DNA from: Nemertoderma westbladi
Taxonomy: Eukaryota > Animalia > Xenacoelomorpha
Assembly: GCA_032718475.1 (NCBI GenBank)
Contig: JAUCBJ010003122.1
Span: 20,490 to 84,489 of the forward strand
Length of the DNA stretch: 64,000 nucleotides
Reading direction: 5' to 3'
In this document: positions 1-11,700 of the stretch, piece by piece
How positions within the stretch are numbered: position 1 is the stretch's first letter
Layout: every line of letters starts with the position of its first letter
Made by a program: the position numbers and the translations under genes
The notes under the pieces: model-generated
The model's input: the letters and a program-made list of their open reading frames with translations, nothing else
Told to the model about the DNA's origin: nothing
Database searches by the model: none

Positions 1-289
1 ACAATGTGTTGGATCCCTTCTTATAATAAAATGTATAGTAAAATACTACCAGACTATAGTTCAATTTATTTTGTACCACTATATCGCTGTACGTTTTATT
101 AAAGAATTAAGCAACAAAAAAGTACCAATTTAAGAATAAAATTACTTAATACATGGGAAAAAAAACATAAAATTTTTTTTTTTCAATATTCTCTCGACCC
201 TTTATTAACCTCGCTGGCGCTCGGTAAATAAAATGCCTCGAGAATATTGAAAAAAAAGATCTACTTTTTTTCCCATGTAATAAATAATT

Positions 290-490
290 ATTAACAATTA
301 TGACAATGCAATACCAGAATACTAAAAAAACAAACGCGAGCGAAGCGTGCGAATTTTTTATTTTTAACAATGCAAAATGGTGAATATTTTTAACAATGCA
401 AAATGGTGAAATGGAAAAGAAATGCGAATGAAACACGAAGGAAGCGAAATTCTTTAATTTTAGCAATGCAAAATGGAAAAGAATTGCGGA
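290..490. repeat. Imperfect short repeat (TTAACAATGCAAAATGGTGAA-like), probably part of a non-autonomous element
   Basis: Motif aacaatgcaaaatgg recurs near 366, 392 and 463, with a variant near 303. The minus-strand ORF 146-571 only reflects this repeat. Confidence 0.5.
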
Positions 491-544
491 TTTTGCACTC
501 CAATTTACAGCCTGTTGGCCTGTGTTAGTGTAGTATAGTGTGTA

Positions 545-885
545 GTGTTTGGCAGTTGGGTCCCTCCCCAATGAACAGCTTTGCTTACAGTCTGAGAGAG
601 AGAAATCCCAGCCTCAATATGTCATTATTATTAACCTATAAAACATATGAACGGAGAACGGCCCACTGCAATTCAATCAGCCTGCGTCCCACCTAACATA
701 GCAGTGAGTAACCTTGTAGATATTCAGATAGGATGCACTGGGAAGGGCTATTCAGATGGCGGAGTAATACATTACAAACAACAGTTGATGTTTACTTACT
801 GCCTGGGATACAGTGAGAGAGTAACATACAGTATATATATACAGAATAATTTTAGAATAATCAGTCGCTCCTAACGGTCTTTTAA
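545..885 (+). mobile_element. Interspersed repeat copy, related to 7648-8292 (HINE/Helentron-like non-autonomous family)
   Basis: About 290 bp align by eye with 7672-7950 (agttgggtccctcccca..cagtctgagagagagaaatcccagcc..aacctataaaacat..acatagcagtgagtaa..cactgggaag). Both end in aacggtctt(c/t)taatta. Confidence 0.6.
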
Positions 886-981
886 TTAATTTAGAGTCTT
901 AATTATTTATTCTTATGTCTTAATAGTAAAAATATTTTTTTATGTAAGTAAATTAAATATTAAATATTTGAACATTTATAG

Positions 982-1136
982 TGTTCAGAGGCAGATAAAA
1001 TGGATGCCACGTGTTTCACTGATAGAGATGATGTGACGCTCGGGGAATGGAATGCGGTTTCGGGTCAGCTGACTCTCGAATGCGAGGTAGATGGGACCGG
1101 ATATTATGATATCAAAGTTCATAATCTACTTCCCTG
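982..1136 (+). CDS. Internal exon of uncharacterised protein (gene 1; 5' part outside window)
   Basis: tttatag| acceptor and TG|gtatgt donor. Encodes CSEADKMDATCFTDRDDVTLGEWNAVSGQLTLECEVDGTGYYDIKVHNLLP(W). Phase 2 matches the next exon. Confidence 0.8.
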
Positions 1137-2297
1137 GTATGTCGATAAAGTACAGTATATTTTCAAACTAGGCCCTCATGTACATCTTTCGGTGAAACTT
1201 CTTATTATCCTTTAAAATAATAACAAAAAGTTATTTATAATGTACAGTAGCCGCATTTTTAATTCCTCGACTTTGGTTTGAAGACGTTTGACAACGAGAC
1301 AGAGTAGGCCTACTGTACCGGTAGTTAAAATCGGATAGGGTGATTAATTTAAAATGATGAAGTTAAAAAATGACGATTTTTTCAAAAAATTCATCTTACT
1401 TGTGTTTAGTTAATTTATTCAAAATTATTTAAAATATAAAACTAATTTAATGATAACCTTAGTCCTTAACAAGCTTTTCATTGCGTCCCTCGGCGAAGTA
1501 GCTGAATCTAGAATGTGAACTTTATCCGGAAAACCCTTGTAGGCTATACTGCAGATTATTATAGGCCTACACATTTCATTAATTTTATTTCTTATGTCCA
1601 ATTCGTGCAGTTACTACAATACTGTGCAAGTTTACATTCTGATGTTTTAACTACCTCTTGAATGGATTGGTTAATGCGCTATATTTTGGTTGGACGTTGA
1701 AATCATGTAAGGAATGGAAAGAGGTGTCCAGGGTTCGAACTTCTGTAATGTAAGAGTTTGGCAGGTAGAAAATGTTCCAGTTATTATCTGCTTATTAAAA
1801 ATTAAATTATTCGGTTCATTATTAAAAAAATATATATACGAATAACAGTATACAGTAGTATACCGGTACATATATTAGAGTGGAAATAATGTATTATAAT
1901 AAGGAATCGATTTACAGACCATTCTCCTTAATTTTTACGATCGAATAGATTGTAATAATAAAGTAACTTTATTGGTAGGCCTAGTATTTAAGATTGAAAT
2001 TCATTCATTTTGAAATATTCATTAAAAGCATTTCACAATTTGTAAACATAAAAGCTCCAATGAAATAATAATCTCTTGATGTTTCTAATGTATTTTAGCA
2101 TTTGTTAGATTTGCATTTATGTAGTAGTTCAACCCCTCCCTCAATTCCTTGCTGGAAAATTATACTGTAGTTCATTAACCAATCCCAGGCACCAATTCAA
2201 GATATGTTCCTACTACAGTAGTGGACTGTAGTGTAAGGATTGGGAACACGCTTCCGGGAACTATTACTACGGTAATAGTATCTGTTTTATTTGACAG

Positions 2298-2450
2298 GAC
2301 ATTGTATACTGTTTGGGCGTTGTTTGCGTGCTCTGAGTCTCATGGAGACGATCCAAGATGTCCTGGTGTTGACGCTGATGGTAATCCTGTCGGTAGTCCG
2401 ATGTACTACAATATGATGGGAGGCTATTCCAGTGTCATCATGACGGATAG
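2298..2450 (+). CDS. Internal exon of uncharacterised protein (gene 1)
   Basis: ttttatttgacag| acceptor and AG|gtaaat donor; 153 nt. Continues the frame as (W)TLYTVWALFAC...MMGGYSSVIMTD(R). Confidence 0.85.
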
Positions 2451-2974
2451 GTAAATAAACACTTTATGTAATGGGTTGTTATCATTTCCACATTATTACT
2501 CCACTTTACTCTACAGGTAGTTATAGTCGTCCTGTGGAATACTGTTGTTAATTTTGCAATATATCCCGCTAACGGTGTTGCCCTTATGAGGTCCACGCTG
2601 TATGACATTCAACGATCATAAAAAAACAAAGAAATACTGACTAAGTGCAGGTATTCAGTAGTTATAGGTAAAAGTGTTAAACACGAAACACCAGAGGAAA
2701 TCTGAGTTTCATCTTACAGTATTTTGATGTTACTGTAATAGAAGGCCATGGAGGTCGTAACGAAGAAAATTAAAGTCAACTCTTATACAACGCTAACGCT
2801 CAAGCTAACGCCAACGCTAAGCCTAACGCTCACAGAAAGTACACCATTGTCATATAAAGTAACTAATTGGAGCATACTTGAGGCCGTTTACTGTAGGTGT
2901 ACTGTTAGAGATAGGACATGCAACTTAAGACTCCCTGTTCAATAGAAGTGTATAAGATGGTTTAGTAAGTGTTA

Positions 2975-3070
2975 GGGGCAAGTGGCTGAACTGGTTAGTG
3001 CTACTGGTAAGGCCTGATAGCCCGAAACATATGTATAGCGTTGGTTCAACCCCCGGTGACGTGCTTCCAC
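2975..3070 (+). mobile_element. Possible degenerate tRNA-derived SINE head
   Basis: A-box-like tggctgaactgg and B-box-like ggttcaaccc at plausible spacing. No cloverleaf could be drawn. Confidence 0.3.
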
Positions 3071-3815
3071 ATTTTTTCCATTTCTGTACAAAACCATTCT
3101 ATATTATACATTACATAATAGAACGTAATGACTCAACAGTCCTAGCAATTACTCAACGTTATATAAACCACTTAGCAGTCTCATAAACGTATCACCTGCC
3201 ATTTAGAGGGCATGGGACTGTAAACATATGTACATTATTAGTATTTATACGAGTTCTATAAGTTCTATTACAGTAGTTCTTGTAAAAATAATTCGCTTTA
3301 GCCCTGACTGAAAATGACAATAAAGCTGTAGAAGTTTGCTTAATAACTATACTTCTAGTTGTAGAGGATTGATTTAATTGGTTACGACTTCAAGCCACCA
3401 TTTTCTTTCATCCTAAATTTCATATCATTTAGTCTACCGTTTATATTTTGAAACTTCTGGATTTTTCACCCTTCCATCTTTACTCCTTAACTTTTTGATT
3501 TCTGATTGTCGCATATGATAACTGAGTTGGATATCTGTTTTTCATATGATAAATGATAGGCCTACATACAGACATATGAGTTGAAAATGATTCCGATGTT
3601 ACATGTTATTTTTAAAATCTTCCAGCTTTCCAACAAGATACGGTATGTCTTTACAAACGAGTGGCAACTAATCATTTACTGAAGTAGCCTATTAATTAAA
3701 TAAACAACCACTACCACTTCCTGTAATTGTACACCCGAAAGCAAAAACTGTTATTCGCATGAAGTGTCAAATAATAACAAACAATATTGTTTATATTTTT
3801 ATTATTATTTTCCAG

Positions 3816-4008
3816 AAAGGGTTATGGGGCAATTGATAAACCATTATCGTATTGCCCACTGGATACTGTGAACCCCTTGATGGTTGTAAATCTGTTGGCC
3901 CACCCAGATGGAGTTATTTGGGGAGGCATGCCTGCTGGATTGAAAAATTTAGCTCCTTTTGCGGCAGATCACATAACCTTCCAAGTTGGTGATGAACTTC
4001 TGGAATAA
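3816..4008 (+). CDS. Terminal exon of uncharacterised protein (gene 1)
   Basis: tattttccag| acceptor, phase matches. Encodes (R)KGYGAIDKPLSYCPLD...HPDGVIWGGMP...GDELLE, stop TAA 4006-4008. AATAAA at 4041. Confidence 0.85.
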
Positions 4009-4201
4009 TGATGATCAGTTACATTGCATTCCAAATATCCAATAAAACTATCTGGTCTACAGTTATCATGGGTGACGGGTAATAATTTATGTGATTTTAT
4101 TTTTAATATGGCATTTCCTCCTGTAGAAATTGCAGTTCGTTGAATTAATTCTGAAATATCGTTTATTTTGATTAATAAGTAGGCCTACATTTTAATCCGA
4201 A

Positions 4202-4451
4202 GGCGGGGTAGCTCAGTTGGTTGAGCGCCGGGCCTGCAATCTATTGGTTGTAGGTTCAGCCCCGCCAGGTTCCACTCAGCCTTTCATCCACTGGGGTCGA
4301 TAAAATGAGAACCAGTGAGTACCAGTTAAATAACTGGGAGCAAATCTTGATAGGAGTAGCGACCACACCTACCCTCGGGTAGCAGCTATCGAAAGAGGAG
4401 CCTTCGGGTCGCCTCCGGCTTCGGCCGACTGTTTGCTTGTTTGCTTGCTTT
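4202..4451 (+). mobile_element. tRNA-derived SINE
   Basis: tRNA-like head with A box (tagctcagttggttgagcg) and degenerate B box (ggttcagccc). Central block ctcagcctttcatcc..ggggtcgataaaatgag..ccag resembles, from memory, the Sauria/Meta-type SINE core. Ends in a (TTGC/TTGT)n tail. Confidence 0.8.
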
Positions 4452-5704
4452 ACATTTTAATAGCTTGCTATAGGTGATAATATAATAAAAATAAAATAAA
4501 ATAAAATTATTCTATAAATTTCAATTCTTATAAAATTATACTGTATTTCATTTTTTAAATGCACAAAAAAGTAAATAATTATTTGGCGGATCGTGTATTT
4601 TACATAATCTATAACTTAAGTTTAAATTATGACTATTTACCGGTAATAAAACCCATTGATACCAACTGTAAGCCTACTGTACATTCAATACAACATACAC
4701 TCATGTACACGAACAGAAAAGCTAGGATTGGCTTGAAGCCAGCCCCAGCTGAGTATATTCCTGTATTGTATCATGGCAACAGTATAAACTTATTAATATA
4801 AAGGCAGAATACAGATAAGATGGAGTAGGGTAGGATACTGTTGTACCGATACTGTTGACACTGCTGGATACTGTTGTTTTGGCTATGCTACATTGTTGGG
4901 TTGTACCGTGAGTGTTGGCATTAGTACTGGACTGGGCAAGGTAGATGGAGCGCACTTTGTATGTATAATTCAATATACCGTATCAGCTTTTTGTGATTTG
5001 ACTAATAATGCGTGTTAGTTCTTCTGGCTCCTTGTCCTCATCGGACGCTTTTTGCAGCATTATGTTACTGTTGAGAATGTACCGGTACCTAATTCGACTA
5101 CCAGTACAAATTGGCCGTTTTTATTGTTAATTTGCAACCTTCTGAAATAATTGAATTGACATACATTGCCAACCCATACACGCCGGTATGAGGTAAGGCC
5201 TACCTAATGTGGAAAATGTGACTGGCATTGACATGGCATCATAGCCTTAAGATATCAAAAGAGTTATACGTAATGCGGTAGGTTATAATGGAATACGGGA
5301 AGACGTGAAGTAAACCGTAGAGTAGCAGTAGAGTCGGCGTTTTGGATGTAGACCGAAACGGATGAATTCCTTAAGTTTACATCCGTAAAGTTCACACCCG
5401 ATATATGCAAATTAGAGGTACCGGTACTTGCCATCTTTAATAATAGTACTACTGCCTACCCGGGGCTGGTAGCTCTTATGATAAACAGCCAATTACAGTA
5501 CATGACAAACACATTGCAATCTCAATCAATAGTCACCCTAGTCTGTTTCTGTATTATGTAGGCCTAGTCTATTAAATCCGACGTATTAAATTTTGATTTT
5601 TCACTTATTTAATTCTCATTATTTTTCCACCATTTACATTTGAGCTAATGAACTTCATTATTAACTATTTTCAATCACAATAAATCATCGAAGAACCACA
5701 TTAA

Positions 5705-5707
5705 ATG
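5705..5707 (+). CDS. LZTFL1: LZTFL1 coding exon 1 (ATG only)
   Basis: ttaaATG|gtaagt is a perfect donor directly after ATG. Phase 0 joins exon 2 to give MATSNK... Confidence 0.6.
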
Positions 5708-8700
5708 GTAAGTTGTTAATTGAATTTCCGGGTTCGGGTTGTATACTTCCCGACCTTAGCCTTTTTAGCTTCTGTGCAATAGCAAATACCAATAGGTAAG
5801 GTACAGTGCGTAACGTAGAAGAGGTCTTAAGGGGTGGGTCTGTGGAAGTGGTGGATATGTAACCAATTTTATAACAGTAGGCCCCTACCTTAAAATACGT
5901 CCAGAAGAAACGAGTTTACAGCTTGCACTGTTTCGAGGTGTCTTTATTTATATTATTGGCATGAAACATATCCCTACAATTAATCTACGCTTGCGTAGAA
6001 TAACATTATCTTCTGTTGTTTAGGCGACGAGTAATAAGGTATCGGAGCCGAAATACCAGCAACACAAGACGACGTTGGTAAATCTGGTCCGATTCTGTCG
6101 GTACAGACGAGCGCTCATGATGCAAACAGTTGAGGCTTGTTTTGGGGATACCAGAGCCAGTCGGTAAGCAAAATGGGCAGTGCAACAGTACACTACACCG
6201 CAGGCATTGGCGGTTAGTTGGTTTGGTTTTGGTTAGTTGATAAATTATTTTTATTTTTGTATATCATGAGATAAAATATCCTCAACCAAAATTAATAAAT
6301 CCAAAATTGTATTAATGAAATAATTATATTTTGTTAATAAGTGGGCATATGATAGAGCTAAGAGGCGTGTATATAGTGGTTGGAAAGAAACCGAGGTTAG
6401 TGCTAACATCCCGAGTAGGGGTGATTAATTAAGTTAAAATAAAATTGATGCAGCAATGACCAATGAGTGCGTTCGTTCAGGTATTAAATAATTTATTTAG
6501 CTTGGGAATTAATATGGAAGGTTAAAAGCGAATTTAGTATGCAATATTTCGATGTGAATCGAATCATGATAATACGTCTAAAACAAGAGGTAACTACTGT
6601 GGTTAGCCAAAGATATGGTGTTTAAATATGGGAGTGAGTGGCGCAGTTTGAATTGAGTGATGCTCTACTAGCTTTAGCATCCTGATTAAGCCCCCTCTGT
6701 TTTGCACAACCTACCGATCAACTGATATGGATGCATGTCCGTCTTCTTGGTCACCAGTTGAGGGGTAACTGTTTTAATGTAATATTAATAACTAGAAAGT
6801 CAGCAAGCTGGTTATAAGAAGACCGTCTATAAGACAACAAAACCGAAAAAAACTAAATCTTAATTCCGTTTCTGAAGCGAAAATATGAACAAATATTTAA
6901 CGATATCCAATCCCGGCATCACTTGATGAAGCAACCAATTTAATATAAGCTAAGCATATAATATGCATGTATCCTAATAATAATTTCTACGAAACCAGAG
7001 GGCGCTTTCTCCCAATAATGGTTTGATTAATAATATAATGGAGGTAGAGTGTGAGTGGGGGTGTCAATATAATCGTCCAGTATCAATATACGTCTGCCCG
7101 ACAGCTGTTGGGATTATAGGAAAACTGGACACAATAAAAATATATCCCTCTCCAGGAGAAATTAGACGCAAATAACAGCTGATTACTCTCAAAAATAAAA
7201 CTGTAACCTGTTCTATTGTGTTCAGTTTATTGTTTTGGTTAAAATAACGTGCCACTGTAACCTGCTCCTTTCCCTAAATTGAGAATTTAAGATTGAGGCG
7301 GGATATTAATTCGCCAAGATCCCATCTTGGCGATCTTTGGCATCTTTACGTCCAGTCCCCCCCCCCCCCCCCCCCCCCTGTCTCAGCTGCACACATACTT
7401 GACATCCCAACATGTAGAACACGTTCTCTTCCAAGCCAATATCAATGTGCACGCACACACACAGACAAACAAACAACCATGTTTTTTGACAGCAAGAAGC
7501 CCAAACTGTCTTCTAATTATAATAAATTAAACAATAAATTATTGTTTTAGATCGACAGTTTTAAATTAATTGATTGAATGTTGTTGTCTAATTTTATAAG
7601 GAAATGTACAGGCCAGAGAGCTTATGTATGGGTATGGCTGTAATTAAACTAGAAAAGCCAGCAAGCTCAGTGTAGTTGGGTCCCTCCCCATTGAAAAGCT
7701 TTACTACTACAGTCTGAGAGAGAGAAATCCCAGCCCCTAAATGTAATTATTATTAACCTATAAAACATTGAACGGCCGAGTGCTTATAAATCAATCAGCT
7801 TGCGTCTCACCAAACATAGCAGTGAGTAAGTAACCTTTTAGATATTCCCATAGGATTCACTGGGAAGAGCTATTCACCTGGCGCCTAGTATGCAATGTTT
7901 ACATTACCAATGTTTGCTCTATGTCTGGGATAGAGTGAGATAGTAACAAACTTGGCAAGTAATATACTTCTCTGCAGTTTGGGCCTATCCATTCAATCAA
8001 TAGTAGTAGCTTACTAGGCCCTCATGACCACCAGCAGCTGGTGTTTCTATCATTGAGTCTATGGCAATTTTCGTGTTATGGGGTTATTTTTCAAAATAAA
8101 AAAAAACTTTATTTATAATAATTTTATCGAAACTTTTTTCCACATCCTGAGGTTGAGCTGCGTCGATTGATATAACTTTCATTGACCCCACGAGCTATAG
8201 TTTCGGAGGAGTTCATCTGATATACATAGATAGAAAGATAGATAGTGAATACTTTTACTGTAAGACTAAAAAGTCATAACGGTCTTCTAATTATTACATA
8301 TACAGTATATAAATAAATATTGACTCATCAGTTTCCTTTTTAATTAACACATAATTGTAATATAGAGTCCAGGAGACAACTTACACTAAGGATGAAGTTA
8401 GCAACATGCTGGAAGAGCTAGAAGATACCTTGAGAACTGAAATGGAAGCGGAGATGATGTACAATTCCAGAGCTACTGTACTTCTATTGAGAATGTTGTT
8501 CGAGGTATTCAAAAATAATGTTAATCATTACTGAGATATAAATATTCACTTTTATGAAGAACTATCATCATACAGTAATAGTTTATTATTTTCTACCAAT
8601 GTTCATTTTATTATTATAGTATGCATTAGTTCATAGCACTAGTGATAGTACTGTAGTGAACATGAAAACCCACCGGAGGTTTCCATTACTCTCGTTACTT

Positions 8701-11700
8701 GTTGCAGTCGAGTGATTAAAATATGAAAACAGCAAACATTAAAATTGCAGATTTTAGATTTTTAGATTAGATTTTAGATTACTTTTGTGAATTTATTTAA
8801 AATTTAATGAGAACATTTGGAATACAACTAATTATAATTTCCAAAGTTTTATAGTGTTCTGCTTCTGATATAATATCTCCATCAGAACGTTCGTTCATAA
8901 ACAGACCGCATACTGTAAGGTCGTACTTTACAGTTATCATAATGCAAAGTCGTACTTTGCATTACAGGCAAGAAAAAGTCTATAAATAGTTATTATATTT
9001 CATTTAGCAAGCTGAACAATGGGAGTTAACATTTTCCGCTGATCTCGGTCGAATAGAAGATCAAAGGGGAATGGCAGACGTCGCAGCTTGGGAGGATAAA
9101 GAATTCGGTTAGTTTCAGTTTAATGGGATATATAATTTGGTTAGTTTCAGTTTAATAGGATAAATCATTTGGTTAGTTTCAGTTTAAAAGAATCAATAAT
9201 TTGGTTAGTTTCAGTTTAATAGGATAAAGAATTTGGTTAGTTTCAGTTTAAGAGGATAAGGAATTCGGTTAGTTTCAGTTTAATAGGATAAAGAATTTGG
9301 TTAGTTTAAGTTTAAGAGGATAAATAATTCGGTTAGTTTCAGTTTAAGGGATTAAGAATTCGGTTAGTTTCAGTTTAAGAGGATAATAATGCGGTTAGCT
9401 TCAGTTTAAGATGATAAGGAATTCGGTTAGTTTCAGTTTAATAGGATAAATAATTTGTTTAGTTTCAGTTTAAGAGGATAATAATTCGGTTAGTTTCAGT
9501 TTAAGGGATTAAGAATTCGGTTAGTTTCAGTTTAAGAGGATAAATAATTTGTTTAGCTTCAGTTTAAGAGGATAAGGAATTTGGTTAGTTTCAGTTTAAT
9601 AGGATAAATAATTTTGTTGGTTTCAGTTTAAGAGGATAAATAATTTGGTTAGTTTCAGTTTAAGAGGATAAGGAATTTGGTTAGTTTCAGTTTAATAGGA
9701 TAAATAATTTTGTTGGTTTCAGTTTAAGAGGATAATAATGCGGTTAGTTTCAGTTTAGGAGGATAAATAATTTGTTTAGTTTCAGTTTAAGAGGATAATA
9801 ATTCGGTTAGTTTCAGTTTAAGGGATTAAGAATTCGGTTAGTTTCAGTTTAAGAGGATAAATAATTTGTTTAGCTTCAGTTTAAGAGGATAAGGAATTTG
9901 GTTAGTTTCAGTTTATTAGGATAAATAATTTTGTTGGTTTCAGTTTAAGAGGATAAATAATTTGGTTAGTTTCAGTTTAAGAGGATAAAGAATTTGGTTA
10001 GTTTCAGTTTAAGAGGATAAGGAATTCGGTTAGTTTCAGTTTAAGATGATAAGGAATTCGGTTAGTTTCAGTTTAATAGGATAAAGAATTTGGTTAGTTT
10101 CAGTTTAAGAGGATAATAATTCGGTTAGTTTCAGTTTAAGGGATTAAGAATTCGGTTAGTTTCAGTTTAATAGGATAAATAATTTGTTTAGTTTCAGTTT
10201 AAGAGGATAATAATTCGGTTAGTTTCAGTTTAAGGGATTAAGAATTCGGTTAGTTTCAGTTTAAGAGGATAAATAATTTGTTTAGCTTCAGTTTAAGAGG
10301 ATAAGGAATTTGGTTAGTTTCAGTTTAATAGGATAAATAATTTTGTTGGTTTCAGTTTAAGAGGATAAATAATTTGGTTAGTTTCAGTTTAAGAGGATAA
10401 AGAATTTGGTTAGTTTCAGTTTAAGAGGATAAGGAATTCGGTTAGTTTCAGTTTAAGATGATAAGGAATTCGGTTAGTTTCAGTTTAAGAGGATAAAGAA
10501 TTTGGTTAGTTTCAGTTTAAGAGGATAAGGAATTCGGTTAGTTTCAGTTTAAGATGATAAGGAATTCGGTTAGTTTCAGTTTAATAGGATAAATAATTTG
10601 TTTAGTTTCAGTTTAAGAGGATAAATAATTTGTTTAGTTTCAGTTTAAGAGGATAAGGAATTCGGTTAGTTTCATTTTAATAGGAAAAATAATTTTGTTG
10701 GTTTCAGTTTAATAGGATAAATAATTTTGTTGGTTTCAGTTTAAGAGGATAATAATGCGGTTAGTTTCAGTTTAAGAGGATAAAGAATTTGGTTAGTTTC
10801 AGTTTAAGAGGATAATAATTCGCTTAGTTTCAGTTTAAGAGGATAAATAATTTGTTTAGCTTCAGTTTAAGAGGATAATAATTCGGTTAGTTTCAGTTTA
10901 AGAGGATAAATAATTTGTTTAGCTTCAGTTTAAGAGGATAAGGAATTCGGTTAGTTTCAGTTTAAGAGGATAAATAATTTGTTTAGTTTCAGTTTAAGAG
11001 GATAAGGAATTCGGTTAGTTTCAGTTTATTAGGATAAGTAATTTTGTTGGTTTCAGTTTAAGAGGATAAATAATTTGGTTAGTTTCAGTTTAAGAGGATA
11101 ATAATGCGGTTAGTTTCAGTTTAAGAGGATAAATAATGTGTTTAGTTTCAGTTTAAGAGGATAAGGAATTCGGTTAGTTTCAGTTTAATAGGATAAATAA
11201 TTTTGTTGGTTTCAGTTTAAGAGGATAAAGAATTTGGTTAGTTTCAGTTTAAGAGGATAAGGAATTCGGTTAGTTTCAGTTTAAGAGGATAAATAATTTG
11301 TTTAGCTTCAGTTTAAGAGGATAAATAATTTGTTTAGCTTCAGTTTAAGAGGATAAATAATTTGGTTAGTTTCAGTTTAAGAGGATAATAATGCGGTTAG
11401 TTTCAGTTTAAGAGGATAAATAATGTGTTTAGTTTCAGTTTAAGAGGATAAGGAATTCGGTTAGTTTCAGTTTAATAGGATAAATAATTTTGTTGGTTTC
11501 AGTTTAAGAGGATAAAGAATTTGGTTAGTTTCAGTTTAAGAGGATAAGGAATTCGGTTAGTTTCAGTTTAAGAGGATAAATAATTTGTTTAGCTTCAGTT
11601 TAAGAGGATAAATAATTTGTTTAGCTTCAGTTTAAGAGGATAAATAATTTGGTTAGTTTCAGTTTAAGAGGATAATAATGCGGTTAGTTTCAGTTTAAGA

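Noticed and set aside
4202-4275. Genuine tRNA gene
   Set aside because: The T arm and acceptor stem are degenerate, and it runs into a SINE core and tail.
7293-7550. Proline-rich ORFs
   Set aside because: Produced by a poly-C run inside a repeat element.
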